From Hydrolagus colliei (taxonomy: Eukaryota), in the NCBI GenBank assembly GCA_035084275.1, contig CM068743.1, positions 104,656,001 through 104,720,000 on the forward strand: a DNA stretch of 64,000 nucleotides, written 5' to 3'. The stretch's first letter is position 1; each line of letters opens with the position of its first letter. Below the pieces are notes generated by a model, which was given only the letters and a program-made list of their open reading frames with translations, did not search any database and had not been told where the DNA came from. This document shows positions 11,850 to 25,363 of this stretch, piece after piece. The position numbers were made by a program, and so were the translations under genes.

Positions 11850-12835
11850 TTATTGATCACACTAAGACCTACCGCTCCGTCCTTGCCTCCTCCAAATCCT
11901 CCTTCTACTCCAAGTTAATCTTGGAGACCATGGATAACCCCAGGCTCCTCTTCATCACTAACCGTCTCCTCCGTCCACCCTCCCATGCCTCACCTATCCT
12001 CTCCTCCAATTCCAACTGCGTGGAGCTGCTGGCCTTTCTTGAATATAAAATTGAGGGAATCAATTCAGCCACCTCTACCCCATCTACCACTAATCTCTAT
12101 TACCTCTCCTTCAGGATTCAAACTCCAACCACCCCTCATTATACACCTTTGACCCTATCTCTCCCTCGGCCCTCTCTGCTCTCACCCGAAAAATGAAAGC
12201 CACCACCTGCTCCCTCGACCCCATCCCTACCTCTCTCCTCATCTCTCAGCTGTAGCTCCTAGACCACTTCCTAACTGACATTGTCAGTCTCTCCCTATCC
12301 ACTGGCATTGTTTCCATCCCTCTAAAAGCAGCTGTCATCACTCCCATATTTAAAAAAAAACCTTCCATGGACCCATCCCTACTCTCGTACTCTCCAGCTA
12401 CTAACCTATTATTTCATCTCCAACCTACCATTCATCTCAAAGGCCCTGGAACGAGTCATTGCGTCCCAACTTTGCTCCTTTCTCTCTCGTCATTCCCTCT
12501 TTGAACCCCTACAATCCGGGTTCCATGCTGTCCATAGCATGGAGACAGCCCTGGTCAAAGTCTCTAACAACATTTTAAATATCTGTGATCAGGGCTCTCC
12601 CTGCCTCCTTGTCCTCTTTGACCTCTCAGCTGCCTTCGACAATGTCGACTACTCCATCCTCCTACACCGCCTGTCCTCCCAGCTCAATCTTCATGGAACT
12701 GCCCTCGCCTGGTTCGACTCTTCCCTCTTTCACTTTCTCCACTTCACCACCAATGGTTTATCCTCCAGCCCCCGCACTGTGGCATCCCCCAGGGCTCTGT
12801 CCATGGCCCCCTACTTTTCAATATCTACATGCTTC
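11850..12835 (+). mobile_element. Degenerate L2 ORF2 fragment
   Basis: ETALVKVSNNIL..LFDLSAAFDNVD, several frameshifts, collinear with about 51860-52820. Confidence 0.9.
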
Positions 12836-12879
12836 TTTCAAACAATGCCGAGAGAACTTGAAAGTCTACTTGGACAAGC

Positions 12880-13028
12880 AGACGGAGCCATTCATCTAAA
12901 AGATGGTGTCTCTGTCAATGCAATGCTTCCTCAATAGTACGCTGCAGTGTCAACCTAGAAAGCTATGAGCTTGAAGTATCACAACATTCTGACCCAGAAA
13001 TGAAAATGCTGCCAGCAGGCTGACACCT
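12880..13028 (-). mobile_element. Ancient Deu-domain SINE 5' fragment
   Basis: Minus strand gggtcagaatgttgtg..ctaggttgacactgcagcgtactattgaggaagcattgc. Confidence 0.55.
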
Positions 13029-13116
13029 AAACATACATTACATGTAATTAATATCTTAGACTTATCTGTACAGGATCAACCTTATGTATGATTTGTCATT
13101 AATTTGTGTCTTGCAG

Positions 13117-13182
13117 TTGTGTCCTGATACCACAAGTAGGCTGAATACTGCTTATAACTTTGGAAGTACTTATCACCAGAGT
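13117..13182 (+). CDS. TMEM67: Meckelin exon 11
   Basis: LCPDTTSRLNTAYNFGSTYHQS, 66 nt. Confidence 0.96.
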
Positions 13183-13519
13183 GTAAGTGAAACTAATTTT
13201 CATTAATTGATGTTCCCTTGCAGGAATACAAGACAATAATTTTTTTTCACACTGGCCTGCAAATTGATTGTATTCCTTGCAAAAGAAGTCTATGTAATAA
13301 TAACAACAACAACAAATTACATTTGTGTGGTGCCTTTCACATCAGGAGGATCTCCCAAAGTGCTGGACTGTGAATAGTAATAGAATAATAAAATGAGTAG
13401 CTATTGTGCAGTTATTTTTGCAGAACTTTGCATAGTTGTTGTAGTCTGAAACAAAGACATAATATTGGGGGTGGCTTCATTGTGGATAAGGAAATAATGT
13501 GGTTAATTACCAAAATAAT

Positions 13520-14269
13520 ACTAATAATAATCCTTTCATTTGATATAGTGCTTTATCAAGTGCCAAGACATCTCAAAAAGCTTCACAGGACATACTGTAA
13601 AATGGATTGACTGTATAATTAGTTATCATTCAAAATCTAAATTGGTTACAGTGTTAACGCAAAGCATTTTACATTCAGAGTTTTAGTGTCAGTATAGTTC
13701 TACATATACCAGCTGTGCCATTCTCTATCTTTATTTCTTTCTGTGTCTCTGTCTCTGAAAAAAACACTGCTCACGAAGCTTAAGTTGCACCATGTGGCCA
13801 ACTTGCATGCCTAATTATAATATGCATGTGTGCAACTTTATGTACATGCAAAACAGAATATTTTTCTTGGTATCTGAGCATGCCAGTAGCCCACTGCCGC
13901 ATCAAAGCCCAATGCAGATAAAAAGACATGCAAATTCTATTATAAATCATTTCTATTATCATCATTTCAGACATGATTTTGAAGTTGTACACTTTGCCTC
14001 CTACAGTTTTAAAGCATCATTACATGCTGAGTGAAACAAAGGATTTTACTTTCATTCATGGAAAATCAATATTTGAACTAGGATGTATGCACAGAATTCT
14101 AATTGAAATTAGAACTAAATGTTGGAATTTTGATGCAGTTATCAATATAATAATAATAATCCTTGCATTTGATATAGTACTTTATCAAGTGTCAAGACAT
14201 CTCAAAAAGCTTCACAGGACATACTGTAAAATGGATTGACTGTATAATTAGTTATCATTCAAAATCTAA
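13520..14269. repeat. About 120-bp direct duplication (13520-13640 and 14150-14269) of a SINE tail plus its flank
   Basis: Near-identical copies both ending ..gactgtataattagttatcattcaaaatctaa. Confidence 0.9.
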
Positions 14270-15069
14270 GTAGCGCTTTTCATGTCTTCTTGACGTTTCC
14301 AAGCGCTTCACAGAATATACTATCATGTGAATTGACTGTATATTTGTGGGGGAAAAACTGCAGCCAATTATTCACAGATACAAATAATACTGTTTGGACT
14401 GCTGCTAATGACTACAGTTATACTCATTCAGTAGTCACATTCTGCGATTGTGTCAATGTTGCAAGTCTTCGCTTTCAGTTGAAGGGAAAGAATCCTTTAA
14501 AGGATATTTAATCAGGTTTTATGAAGTTCATCTCTAAAATAGGGAGTTAGAAGAAAAAAGGAAAGAATGCAGGTAAAATAATTGCGACGTTAAATTATTT
14601 TCTGAGTCAAAGTAGTTAGGACATTTTTTCAAGAATGCAGAACTTACAAGTATAAAATTAAGAAAATGAAAACGAATATGGTGGAATAAATTATAAATTG
14701 CATACGCAGAATTTTTTTTGTAATTGTTTTTAATTTAAGTCATTTAGTTTATTTTCTAGTTAATGGTTACAATTACTGTAGGCTTTGGTAAGTATTCCTG
14801 CAGTATTAGTGTTTCAGCATCAGTGTATGAAACTGGTTTTCCACCAAACAAAATCCAGTTTCAAGAAATTCGCTCTCATCACCATAATAGGTAGCCACAA
14901 GGAAAAGAAAAGAATGTAAGTCAAATAATTCAAACCTTAAAATTGCTGTCAAAGGGATGAAATAGTTAGCATATACTGTATATATTTTTAAAATACTTAT
15001 ACCAGTACTTTAATGAAATGGGATTTTAAACTGAGCAATTTTCAATGAACCTAAGGGATTATTAAAAAA

Positions 15070-15250
15070 TGTACATGATTTACAAAAACCAAAATAGTCC
15101 AGAATACCTGTTGCCTATTCTAGTCTTAATTTAAATCTTCATGGAACATTGATAAATAATGGCAAATATATTTTGCACTTTTAGGCTTGTTCTGAAACAG
15201 CTGAACTGACTTAACAATGCTTGAGTAATCGTGGGAATCTGATTAGAGCA
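15070..15250 (+). pseudogene. Decayed partial duplicate of TMEM67 exon 12 and its downstream intron
   Basis: tacatgatttacaa..gaatacctgttgcctattctagtcttaatttaaatcttcatggaacattgataaata matches 15687-15783 with indels; donor lost. Confidence 0.85.
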
Positions 15251-15626
15251 ATTGGAAAATCTATAAGAAGTATGTGAAGTTAGTAACGAGAGGATCAAAT
15301 TAGATGAATTGCATGGAAACTGCTTAAAACCTGCATTTAGAGCTATGCATCTGTGGTGAATTTAGTTAGGGAAAATATTGTCTTACTGACAATAATACTG
15401 TACATACATTATACATTACCTGTGCAAGTGTATCTGTTAATTCTAAGCATTTCCCTCCTTAGCTTTTACATTGGCTGTTGGGAGTGGAAATTAGCAAAAC
15501 AGCACAAAATTGAATGCAATATTTTCATTGAATAATTTTGTTGGATTGGATGCTTGCTTTCTAGAAGAGAGTCCTTTCCTTTACTTTGGACCTACTTTTG
15601 ATCTGTTTATTTTCTTTCTTGTGCAG

Positions 15627-15783
15627 TGTACACTTTCTGTTTCCAAACTTTTAGCACAATATCCTGAGCCTATCTTCTTTGACATATACATGATTTACAA
15701 TAAAAAAATTGGCCAGGAATACCTGTGGCCTATTCCAGTGCTTAATTTAAATCTTCAACTTGATGGAACATTAGTAAATAAAG
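15627..15783 (+). CDS. TMEM67: Meckelin exon 12
   Basis: CTLSVSKLLAQYPEPIFFDIYM..YLWPIPVLNLNLQLDGTLVNK, 157 nt. Confidence 0.96.
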
Positions 15784-16189
15784 GTAAACAATTTTCTGCG
15801 TAGTACCTTTCTGTTGGACTGATTAGGCTTGTTCTGTGGGTTTCAATAAGACTTCCTACAATAACAGTATTTGTTTCAGTATCAGTGTGTGAAACTGTTT
15901 TTCCAACAATCAAAACCCAGTTTTTTGAAAGTTGTTCTCATCTCCAAAATAGCTTATTTTGAACTGACTGGAAACTCTTGTGTAATCATTGGAATCTACT
16001 AGAGCATTTTTGTTTGGTGAAACAAGTACTGTACTACAAATTATTTATGAATGTGAATCTCACTATTGAGCCATTGCAGATTTTTGGAGCAAATCATGAA
16101 AAAAAAGACTTGTTCAGCCGAAACCAGTAACATTTGAATGCGAAATACAGTAATTGTAATTCACTTGCTCCGACATTGATGTCTAATTT

Positions 16190-16569
16190 ATAATAATAAT
16201 CCTTGTATTTGGTATAGCACCTTATTACGTCTACAAGATGTTTCAAAGCGCATCATAACACATACTGTAAAGTGAATTGGCTCTATATTTGTGGATGAAC
16301 ACGGCAGCCAATTGCGCACAGCAGCGTCCCATAAACAGTCGTAGATAGAGTGATCACATTTTTAAAAATAGATTATTATGATCCCTGGAAAAGATGAATG
16401 CCCAGGTTTCGATTGACAATTGACTAACAACTGAGTGCCTACTTACTACTACGTAACAGAGGTGTGTGAAGTAAGGAAACTTGCCCAAGTTTTGCCCTGC
16501 TTGGTAACTGAACCGAGCTCCTTTCACTTGTGAGTCGAGTGCTCTAATCACTGAGCTACAGGACTCCAT
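16190..16569 (-). mobile_element. tRNA-SINE, long subfamily with an extra internal segment
   Basis: Complete head and tail plus about 80 bp segment at about 16380-16460. Confidence 0.85.
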
Positions 16570-16883
16570 AATTTATATTCTCCTTCTCAAGGAGGAGAAA
16601 CACAGTAAACATGTGAGCCACATAATCTGGAGCTAGCTGCAAACAGAATGTGTTTTTGGCAGGACATTGATACAGACGTTGTGCTATATTATGCACTGAA
16701 CATGCAATTCAACTAAATTCAGTCACTTGAAAAATTGTCCCAAATATTTATACATAAATCTGGGAGTTGCTCACTTGTTACACAATGTAGTTTGCGCATT
16801 TTATTGTATATGCTGCATCTTGCACATTCAACATTTCAATGGCAAATTGTTCAAATAATAATTGATTTATCCTACAATTACAG

Positions 16884-17007
16884 ATAATATAAAGAATAAT
16901 TATCGTTTAATCCGACGAATGTTCTTGGTGGATACTTTAAGTGGTCGTGAACTGCATTTAGAGAATCTGCCTAAAGTGATTCGAGTTGCTACAACGATAA
17001 AAATCAG
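16884..17007 (+). CDS. TMEM67: Meckelin exon 13
   Basis: DNIKNNYRLIRRMFLVDTLSGRELHLENLPKVIRVATTIKIS, 124 nt. Confidence 0.96.
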
Positions 17008-17111
17008 GTGAGAAAGCACATAAGAACAAAAAGATGTTTGAATTTAATAAAACCAAGGCCAAAGGTTTCTGATTTACTGGCTATATTAAATCATCACGTT
17101 CAATGCTAAAA

Positions 17112-17412
17112 AGAGTCCTTTAGCTCAGTGGTAGGAGCACTCACCTCCCAAGTGAGAGTTCTGGATTTGATCTGTAATGCAGTAAACTTGTGAACGACAT
17201 AATCTGGACACACCTGATAATAATCTCTCAAGAAAAACTAAACAAAATAAAATTGGTCACTCAATCCACGATCCAGTGGGACACCATAGTGTGCAATTGG
17301 CTGCCTTGTCCCGCTCACAACTAGACAGTCAACTCAATTTACAGTATATTGTGTGAGAGTTTTGAGACTTCTAGCAGATGTGTAAATCGCAATATCAAAT
17401 ACAAGTTATTCT
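17112..17412 (+). mobile_element. Degenerate tRNA-SINE
   Basis: gagtcctttagctcagtggtaggagcactcacc head, matching body and tail. Confidence 0.8.
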
Positions 17413-17694
17413 TGCATTAAAATATTTTTAAAATAATTTTATTAGTATTTAAAAGAGGGCACATTTCGTTAGTTTACTGATTGGCATGGAGACTTTGATC
17501 ACTAAAAGTAAATGTGTTTGGCTTGGGGAGCAGGAATTTCAGGCCCAATGTCTAGGCAAATAAAGTTTGAGAAAATATTAAAACAAAAAAATTAACATAT
17601 AATCCAGTGGAGAACCTAAACTTTAGAATGCAGGATCCAAGAATCCTGAGTGGAGCAATTCAATGACCTGTACAAGGTTGCCACCTAAAGAGGG

Positions 17695-17708
17695 ACGCCA
17701 TCTGCTGG
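17695..17708 (-). promoter_or_regulatory. Putative CTCF site
   Basis: CCAGCAGATGGCGT against consensus CCASYAGRKGGCRS (13/14). Confidence 0.5.
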
Positions 17709-18081
17709 TGTCTTTAAAAAATATTCCCCCCCAAAAAAAATAGCTGATTTTGCCTCATTCCATATTGTGGAACACATCTATATACTATACAACACAAAAT
17801 TACATTTGTATAGCGCCTTTCACCTCGGGAGGATGTCCCATGCATACCTTTTGTAAGGAACCCAAGTAAATTATTTCCATCTAGGAAGTTGAATTAAATT
17901 CAGAATCCCAAACAAGGATTCAAATGATCAGATGATTTTAACTTTTACAAAGTTTGCTGTAATAAATCAGCTTAGGTTCTAACTAGATTTTTACATAGCT
18001 TCTTTCTGAGTTTGAGTAAAAGCTTCTTTCTAAGTTCCAAATAAAACTTAATATGTTAACTTGATGTGTACCTTATTGCAG

Positions 18082-18187
18082 TGTTAATCTTGTGCCTAAA
18101 ACTCTGAAGGGAAACATCTTTGCTCCATTTATCACCGTTGCCTACACAGATATTGAGCTCCAGGATCCTGCTTCACAGACTGTTCCA
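18082..18187 (+). CDS. TMEM67: Meckelin exon 14
   Basis: VNLVPKTLKGNIFAPFITVAYTDIELQDPASQTVP, 106 nt. Confidence 0.96.
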
Positions 18188-18454
18188 GTAAGTACCTTTA
18201 CCTTCTTTAACGGGATGAAGAAACAAAAAGATTAACTCAGTAGACATGGACCATAGTACTGTATATGATTTACATATATTCTAGTATATAAATCATATTC
18301 AACATATAATATATAATTTTTAATTTGGTATTTTTGTTTTTGATGGTCCAACAAGACCTTTACTTTTAAGTCATATTTTACGTTCAGAAGTAAAAGAGAT
18401 GAAGAAACATTTAGAGAAGCTTTATATAATCTTTCTCTCCCCTTTATCAAATAG

Positions 18455-18511
18455 ATAACTTTTTCAGTTGAATATAAAATGGATATGCACGACGCCGAGA
18501 TGAATGTCAAT
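18455..18511 (+). CDS. TMEM67: Meckelin exon 15
   Basis: ITFSVEYKMDMHDAEMNVN, 57 nt. Confidence 0.94.
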
Positions 18512-18669
18512 GTAAGTTTTGTATAAACAGTACTCTAATATATAAATATTCAATTATATTATTATTGTTGCTTATTATTTGATTAAATTTAGACATCTCA
18601 TCACAAATATTTGTCCTTTATTGTGAATATTGCTCTGTGAATGTTGTCATAACATTTTAAAAACGGAAT

Positions 18670-19478
18670 TCTATTGGACACTGGACAGTTGCCGAAAACC
18701 CAACGCAAAAAAAAATTACTTTAAAAAAAGTATTACAAGTTTTTAAACATATATTAATAATAGAATAAATAATAACAGAATATCGTATGGATACTTACCA
18801 ATACAGCAATAAATATCGATTACAGTCTATAAACACAGCACACAATCACAAAGCAAACTTCTACAATGGCGGACTGCAGTGGCTTAAAGCTGTACTGTTT
18901 TTTTACCTTTCTTTCTCTCCCTCCTCTCTCTCTCTCTCTCTCTCTCTCTTTCACACACACACTCAGTCAGTCTGGCATCTCAATAGTTCCAAACCCAACT
19001 CCCCCTCCACTCCTCTCATTTTCCATCTAAATTAATCAACTCACCCCCCCACTCTCTCTCTCTCCCTCTCCCACTCATCTCTCTTTCTCCCCCCACTTTC
19101 CCTCTCTCCTCCCCACCCAACCTCTTTCTCTCTCTCCTTCTCCTATCCCACCCCCCCACCAAAACAAGTGTATAAACCCCCGATACTGTCAGGCTACACT
19201 GGCAATATGTAGTATTTGTCAGAGAGAGGGGGAAAGAAAGAAAGGGGAAGAGATAGAAAGAGAGAGGGAGTGCCCCTTTAAGACCCCAAACCGGAAGTGC
19301 ACTACCGGCAACATCCAGAACTAAAGGTATTGTACTCTCGTGCAACAATTGACTCATTAAATGCTCACAGCGATTGTGCCAGATAAGATCCGGTAAATTG
19401 AATGGGGACCTTTTTTTTGAGGTGCTGATTATATGGAAGTTACGGTTGATCGGGTCACGGATAAACAGGCTTTTACTG
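18670..19478. mobile_element. Tigger-like MITE, left end eroded, related to 6319-7077
   Basis: Shared gaaaacccaacgcaaaaaaa left segment and right end cggataaacaggcttttactg; CT/GA-rich core. Confidence 0.75.
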
Positions 19479-19534
19479 CACTATGAAAAATAAGAAAACA
19501 AAGCAGTTTAGATGGTTTTTCATTTTTACTTCAG

Positions 19535-19633
19535 ATTACTTTGGGTTTTCTGGCTGGATTATCAGTGATCCTCTCTATCCTGAAAACAGCCAGTTGGAAA
19601 AGAAGAGTTGGCTCTCCCATGATTGACGTTCCA
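19535..19633 (+). CDS. TMEM67: Meckelin exon 16 (first TM segment)
   Basis: ITLGFLAGLSVILSILKTASWKRRVGSPMIDVP, 99 nt. Confidence 0.96.
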
Positions 19634-20596
19634 GTAAGTATGCATTTTGTGTGAGAATGTAATCAAATTTCTTCTCCTTTTTATTCCCCACCCCACCCCC
19701 CCATCCCACACAACAATAACAAAATTACATTTATAGAGTGCCTTTTACGTCGGGAGGACTTCCCAAAGCACTGCCATATTTGAGATATCCTTGAGATATT
19801 GGACCCAGATGTGCACCTGTGTTCAAATGGAAATTATAGAGATGCAAAAGAGAAATGAAAGAGGAAATATGAGAAGAAGAGAAATGAAGTTGATTATGCA
19901 TAGTTTTTATATGACAATGAGTTAAAAAGAAAACATGATACCTCTTTTGAAAAATAATATTGGTAGTTTTGTGCAAAATCTCAGGCAATAGAGTTTCAAC
20001 ATTATCCTGAGATTGGTAGTGAATCCCATGTGTTATGTGCTGTTTTATTTGGTTTACTTTATTTTCTTATTATTATTTGGTCTGAAACACTTGATTGTCC
20101 AGCACCTTGGGACATCCTTCCAATGTGAAATGTGCTATGCAAATGTCATTTTGTTGTTCAAATTATTGTGCAATGCATTTACAAGTACTGTATAATACAT
20201 AAATCCAGGTGGTGGTTTGGTGGCAAAAACAGATTTTTGAAACTGTAGAGAATGCAATCATGGGAAAACTGGGGGATCTTTCTATTCTCTGTATATAAAA
20301 TGACCTGAGATTCACATTCTAGGTGAAAGGTAATTGATAGGCCAATGATCCATAAACTAGGAAGAACTGTAAACACAGTTCAGGCAGCCAAAATCTTCCA
20401 ATTATAACCAAACAGGGTATGTACTTGGGCTAATTATGAACCATTCAAAGTACTTTTCGCAGCCAGAATCCATTAAAAGTACCTTTTTTAAAAAAAAATG
20501 GTTAGATATAACATGTCAAGGCAAATGTTTTTGTCTTAACTCTGACGCCATTAATGATTGTTACACAGTATTTTCTGAAGAAAAAATTGTAGGAAA

Positions 20597-21002
20597 TGCC
20601 TCAGTCTGGCTCAGTTGATATCACTCTCACCTCCGAGTCAGAAGGTTATGGATCAACTCCATGTCAGAACTTGGAACTGATATAAACTAACCTGATACTC
20701 TAATGTAGTGCCCGGTGTGTGCTGTATTATTGGACGTGCCATGTTTTGCATAAGCAGTTAAACCGAGGCCCTGTCTGCCTGATCAGGTGATCGCATGTTA
20801 CTATTCAAAAAGAGCAGGGAGTTTCTTCCAGTGTCCTGACCAATAATTCCTTCCTCCCAAGTGAAATTGGTCATTAATTTCATGGCTGTTTGTGGGATAT
20901 TGCAGAGCACAAAATTGGATGCCATTTTACAGCAAATTCTGTGAAGTGCTTTGGGACACCCTCATGACACAAATCTTGCTATCAGATGTAAGGATTATTA
21001 TT
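20597..21002 (+). mobile_element. Near full-length ancient Deu-domain SINE (SacSINE1/AmnSINE-like)
   Basis: gagtcagaagg..gttaaaccgaggccctgtctgcc..gagcagggagtt..gtgtcctgaccaata..gctgtttgtgggat..ctgtgaagtgctttgggaca. Confidence 0.8.
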
Positions 21003-21085
21003 AATGCATTTTCAGTGAACTAAATCCTAGAAAATAATTAATTCTGTTGTGATATTACAATAAAAAACATATTTTTTAAATCTAG

Positions 21086-21253
<168 letters not shown>

Positions 21254-21449
21254 TGAGTGTAAACTATTTAAAATTTCTCTTCTATATTTCTGGTCAGACA
21301 ATTGAGGTGAATTCAATAGATCACCATTTATTTCCTTTGATTTGTTATGATGTGTCTATTTGAAGTTCCTTCTGTAATCCTGGAAAGATTTTTTAAACCA
21401 TAAAAAGAGGGCTTGCAGTTATTTTTTTAATGGAATTATTTGATTCTAG

Positions 21450-21536
21450 GGTCAGCGGATTGTTTCTGTTTTTCTTCCCACACCATACCAGGAAAGACAG
21501 TTTGTTGGATGTATAGCAAGTGCATTTGGACTGAAG
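21450..21536 (+). CDS. TMEM67: Meckelin exon 18
   Basis: GQRIVSVFLPTPYQERQFVGCIASAFGLK, 87 nt. Confidence 0.95.
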
Positions 21537-22129
21537 GTATTTATGGATGGGCGGATATAGTTTGTCTTAAATTGTAACATGAATACTGTATAAAACTGCA
21601 TGTTCAGGTTTTTGAACAGATTCCTCTTGTTTCCAACCCTTGTTATAGCAAAGCCCTATAGTTGGTCACACTGTGAGAGGCAGCTCACTTCCTGTAACCA
21701 AGTCCTGCACACTTGAAAAAACAGCTGATTTCTGGGGCCTGAGGTTGATTCTGCGGTCACTTCCTGTGCACCATGCATAATGAACAGGAAAGAATATCGG
21801 TAGAAACCTAACACACCAGAAACATCTATTTTTAGTTGGGACTGGCCATTGTCCTCAAATCGAGGTGGCTGGTTTTATTTGGGCACAGTGAATGGGTTCC
21901 GTGCTCCTTTTCTGCTATAAGCAAATTCACATTATAAACAAACTCATGTTGTAACATGGTTGCATTGTACTTTTTTATTGTAGTACCTCAGATATCCTAG
22001 AGTGGCACAACAAGAAGCCACTAATTCAGGATAGCAGAGGGCAGACATCAAGAAGTACTTCTTCACCTCGAGGGTAATTAAGAACAGGAATGGGTTTCAG
22101 GAAGAAGAGACTAGATAGTGCTACCGTTC

Positions 22130-22832
22130 AGAGGTACTTGGGTGTAACCAGTCACAAAAAGTTAGTTTGTAGGTATAGCAAGCAACTAGGAAGGCTAATG
22201 GTATGTTGGCGTTTGTTACAAAAGGGTTAGAATATAAGGGTAGGGATGTCTTGCTGCAGCTGTATAGGGCCCTGGTGAGTCCACACCTAGAGTATTGTGT
22301 GCAGTTTTGGTCTCCTTATTTAAGAAAGGACATACTCGCCTTGGAAGGGGTACAGCATAGATGGTACCTGGAATGAGTGGGGTGAGCTATGAGGATAGTT
22401 GAGCAATCTAGGCCTATATTCTCTAGATTACAGAAGAATTAGAGGTGATCTTGTAGAAATGTGTAAGATTATTAAGGGGCATGACAGAATAGATAGTGGG
22501 AGACTGTTTCCCCTGGTTGGAGAAACTATAACCAGAGGTCACAGGCTTAAGGTTATGGATCAGCCCTTTCACATTGAGTTGAGGAAAAACTTCTTCATTC
22601 AGAGGGTAGTGAATTTATGGAATTCTCTATCCCAAAGGGCTGTAGATTCTCAGTCCTTGAACATTTTCAAGAATGACATTGATAGATTTCTTGTGGATAA
22701 AGGGATTAAGGGATATGGGGATAAGGCGGGTAGGTGGAAATAGATTAGAAGACCAGTCATGATCTTATTGAATGGCGGGGCAGGCTCAGGGGGCCGAATA
22801 GCCTACTCCTGCTCTTAATTCTTCTTATGTTC
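22130..22832 (+). mobile_element. CR1 LINE 3' portion
   Basis: LYRALVSPHLEYCVQFWSP..LGLYSL..RRIRGDL..FFIQRVVNLWNSL, ttcttatgttct tail. Confidence 0.93.
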
Positions 22833-22863
22833 TCACCCTCTGTCAACCATTCACAACCATTAT

Positions 22864-23137
22864 GTTGCGAGAGACCTGGGTTCAATTCCAGTCAGGGTGA
22901 AACATTGGGCAAGTTTGCTTACTCCACATGCCTAATAATAATCCCTCAAGGGAAAAATAAGAATAAATTGGTCTTTTCAATCCATTACTGTATGTGGAAC
23001 ACTGCAGTGCGCAATGGCTGCTGCGTTTCACATGCAAATATACAGTTAATTCACTACAGTATATTCTGTGAAATGCATTGAGATGTCTAGAAGATGTGGT
23101 AAGCGCTAAATGCAAGTATTATTATTATTATTATTAC
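22864..23137 (+). mobile_element. tRNA-SINE, 5' truncated
   Basis: gagagacctgggttcaattcc through (TTA)n tail. Confidence 0.85.
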
Positions 23138-23464
23138 GTAGTTTGAGACTCCTTTGTACTGTCCCACGATCATTTATCTCACATTGTTTGCCTTCAACCC
23201 TGTTTTCCAACCTCTCCTAAAAACCTGCTTTGTTCGGTGACCATTCTCCTCCCTCCTATTTCCCACCTTGTTGGAGGTTTTCACTTCATTTTTATGAATT
23301 GCTTTGAGCTTTCCCATGTGAAAAGCACGATATAACTGTATTATACTACAGCATTGCGATTCACTGTGCTTCTAAGTTTACTCTGTTCATTTATTGCTTC
23401 CTATTAGTTTGTATAGTTTCTAATATTTTGGTGTCCTAAAATAATATCATTTTCCAACTCCTAG

Positions 23465-23572
<108 letters not shown>

Positions 23573-23754
23573 TAATTTTCTTCTGTAATATATATCTGCT
23601 ACTCTTTAGTTTCTAATAGTCAGCATAATTAACGTTTTATCTTAACATATTATATATTTTACTAGTTTTCTTAAAAATAAAAGGTCTGGTGAACATAAAT
23701 CACAGTGCTCATTGGGGAAATATATTAAACCGTCTTACAGGATTGATAATTGTA

Positions 23755-23910
23755 CTGAACTATGGTAAGTATCCATACAATATTCTGTTATTTAGTCTAT
23801 TATTAATATGGTATGTTTGAAAATAAGTACATTTTTTGTGTAGGATTTTTGGCAACTTGCTGCTCGAATATCCGGCATATTTGATTAATTGGCACCCCCA
23901 GGACCTGACC
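23755..23910 (-). mobile_element. Fragment of the Tigger-like MITE family
   Basis: Reverse complement matches 33260-33405. Confidence 0.7.
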
Positions 23911-24100
23911 TAAGTCATTACCATTTTACCTCACAAATACAAAATCTAAACATCTTCACTTGGATATCTTTCCTTGCCAGTTACACACTTTCTACAATAT
24001 TTTTAGATTTAGATCACTAAAAGCTAATATATTTCCTAATTTATTAAACATTTATTTATATGTATATCTTTATATAATATATATTATATTTCTTCATTTA

Positions 24101-24375
24101 TTAAACCACCATCAGCGGATGAGCCTTCAGCGACTCTGCCGCCAACCTTTGGAATTCCATCCCGCAATCCCTCTGCCTTGCCCCCTCCCTGGCCTCCTTT
24201 AAGTCCCGCCTCAAGGCCCTCCTCTTCAAAATGTGCCATCGGCCACCCTCCATTTTCCCCCTCTCTTCACTCTCCCCGATCTCGACCCCAGCTATGGTCC
24301 AAAACACTGTCTGTCCAACACCTTGGGTTGTCTTCCTGATGTGAAAGGTGCTATACAAATGTAACTTTGTTGTTG
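24101..24375 (+). mobile_element. L2 LINE 3' end
   Basis: RAFSDSAANLWNSIPQSL..FKSRLKALLF, then gtgaaaggtgctatacaaatgtaactttgttgttg tail. Confidence 0.85.
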
Positions 24376-24654
24376 TGCATTCCAGAATGAGGAAATGGAA
24401 GCTCTGCTTCTATGCGTTTTTATCAAATGAAACTGGAGATTCCTAATTGCAGCAATGTGGTTGATATGTTGTGTGTCAGATTCTTGATTAGCCTAAAAAA
24501 AATAGTTTTGTTTTTCCTTCTCTCTGCAACTCTCTTTAATGTGTTAAATTTCTCTTTGCTGGCTCCTGACAACATAAACCTTCCAATTATTTTTCTCATC
24601 ACTGAGTTACGTTGCGTTCATTTTTTCTTCTCTCTTCGGTTTGATGGCTCATAT

Positions 24655-25363
<709 letters not shown>

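Noticed and set aside
21590-21970. Possible additional MITE, with a MEF2-like CTATTTTTAG at 21826
   Set aside because: Termini too degenerate to define, and a single AT-rich motif is expected by chance.
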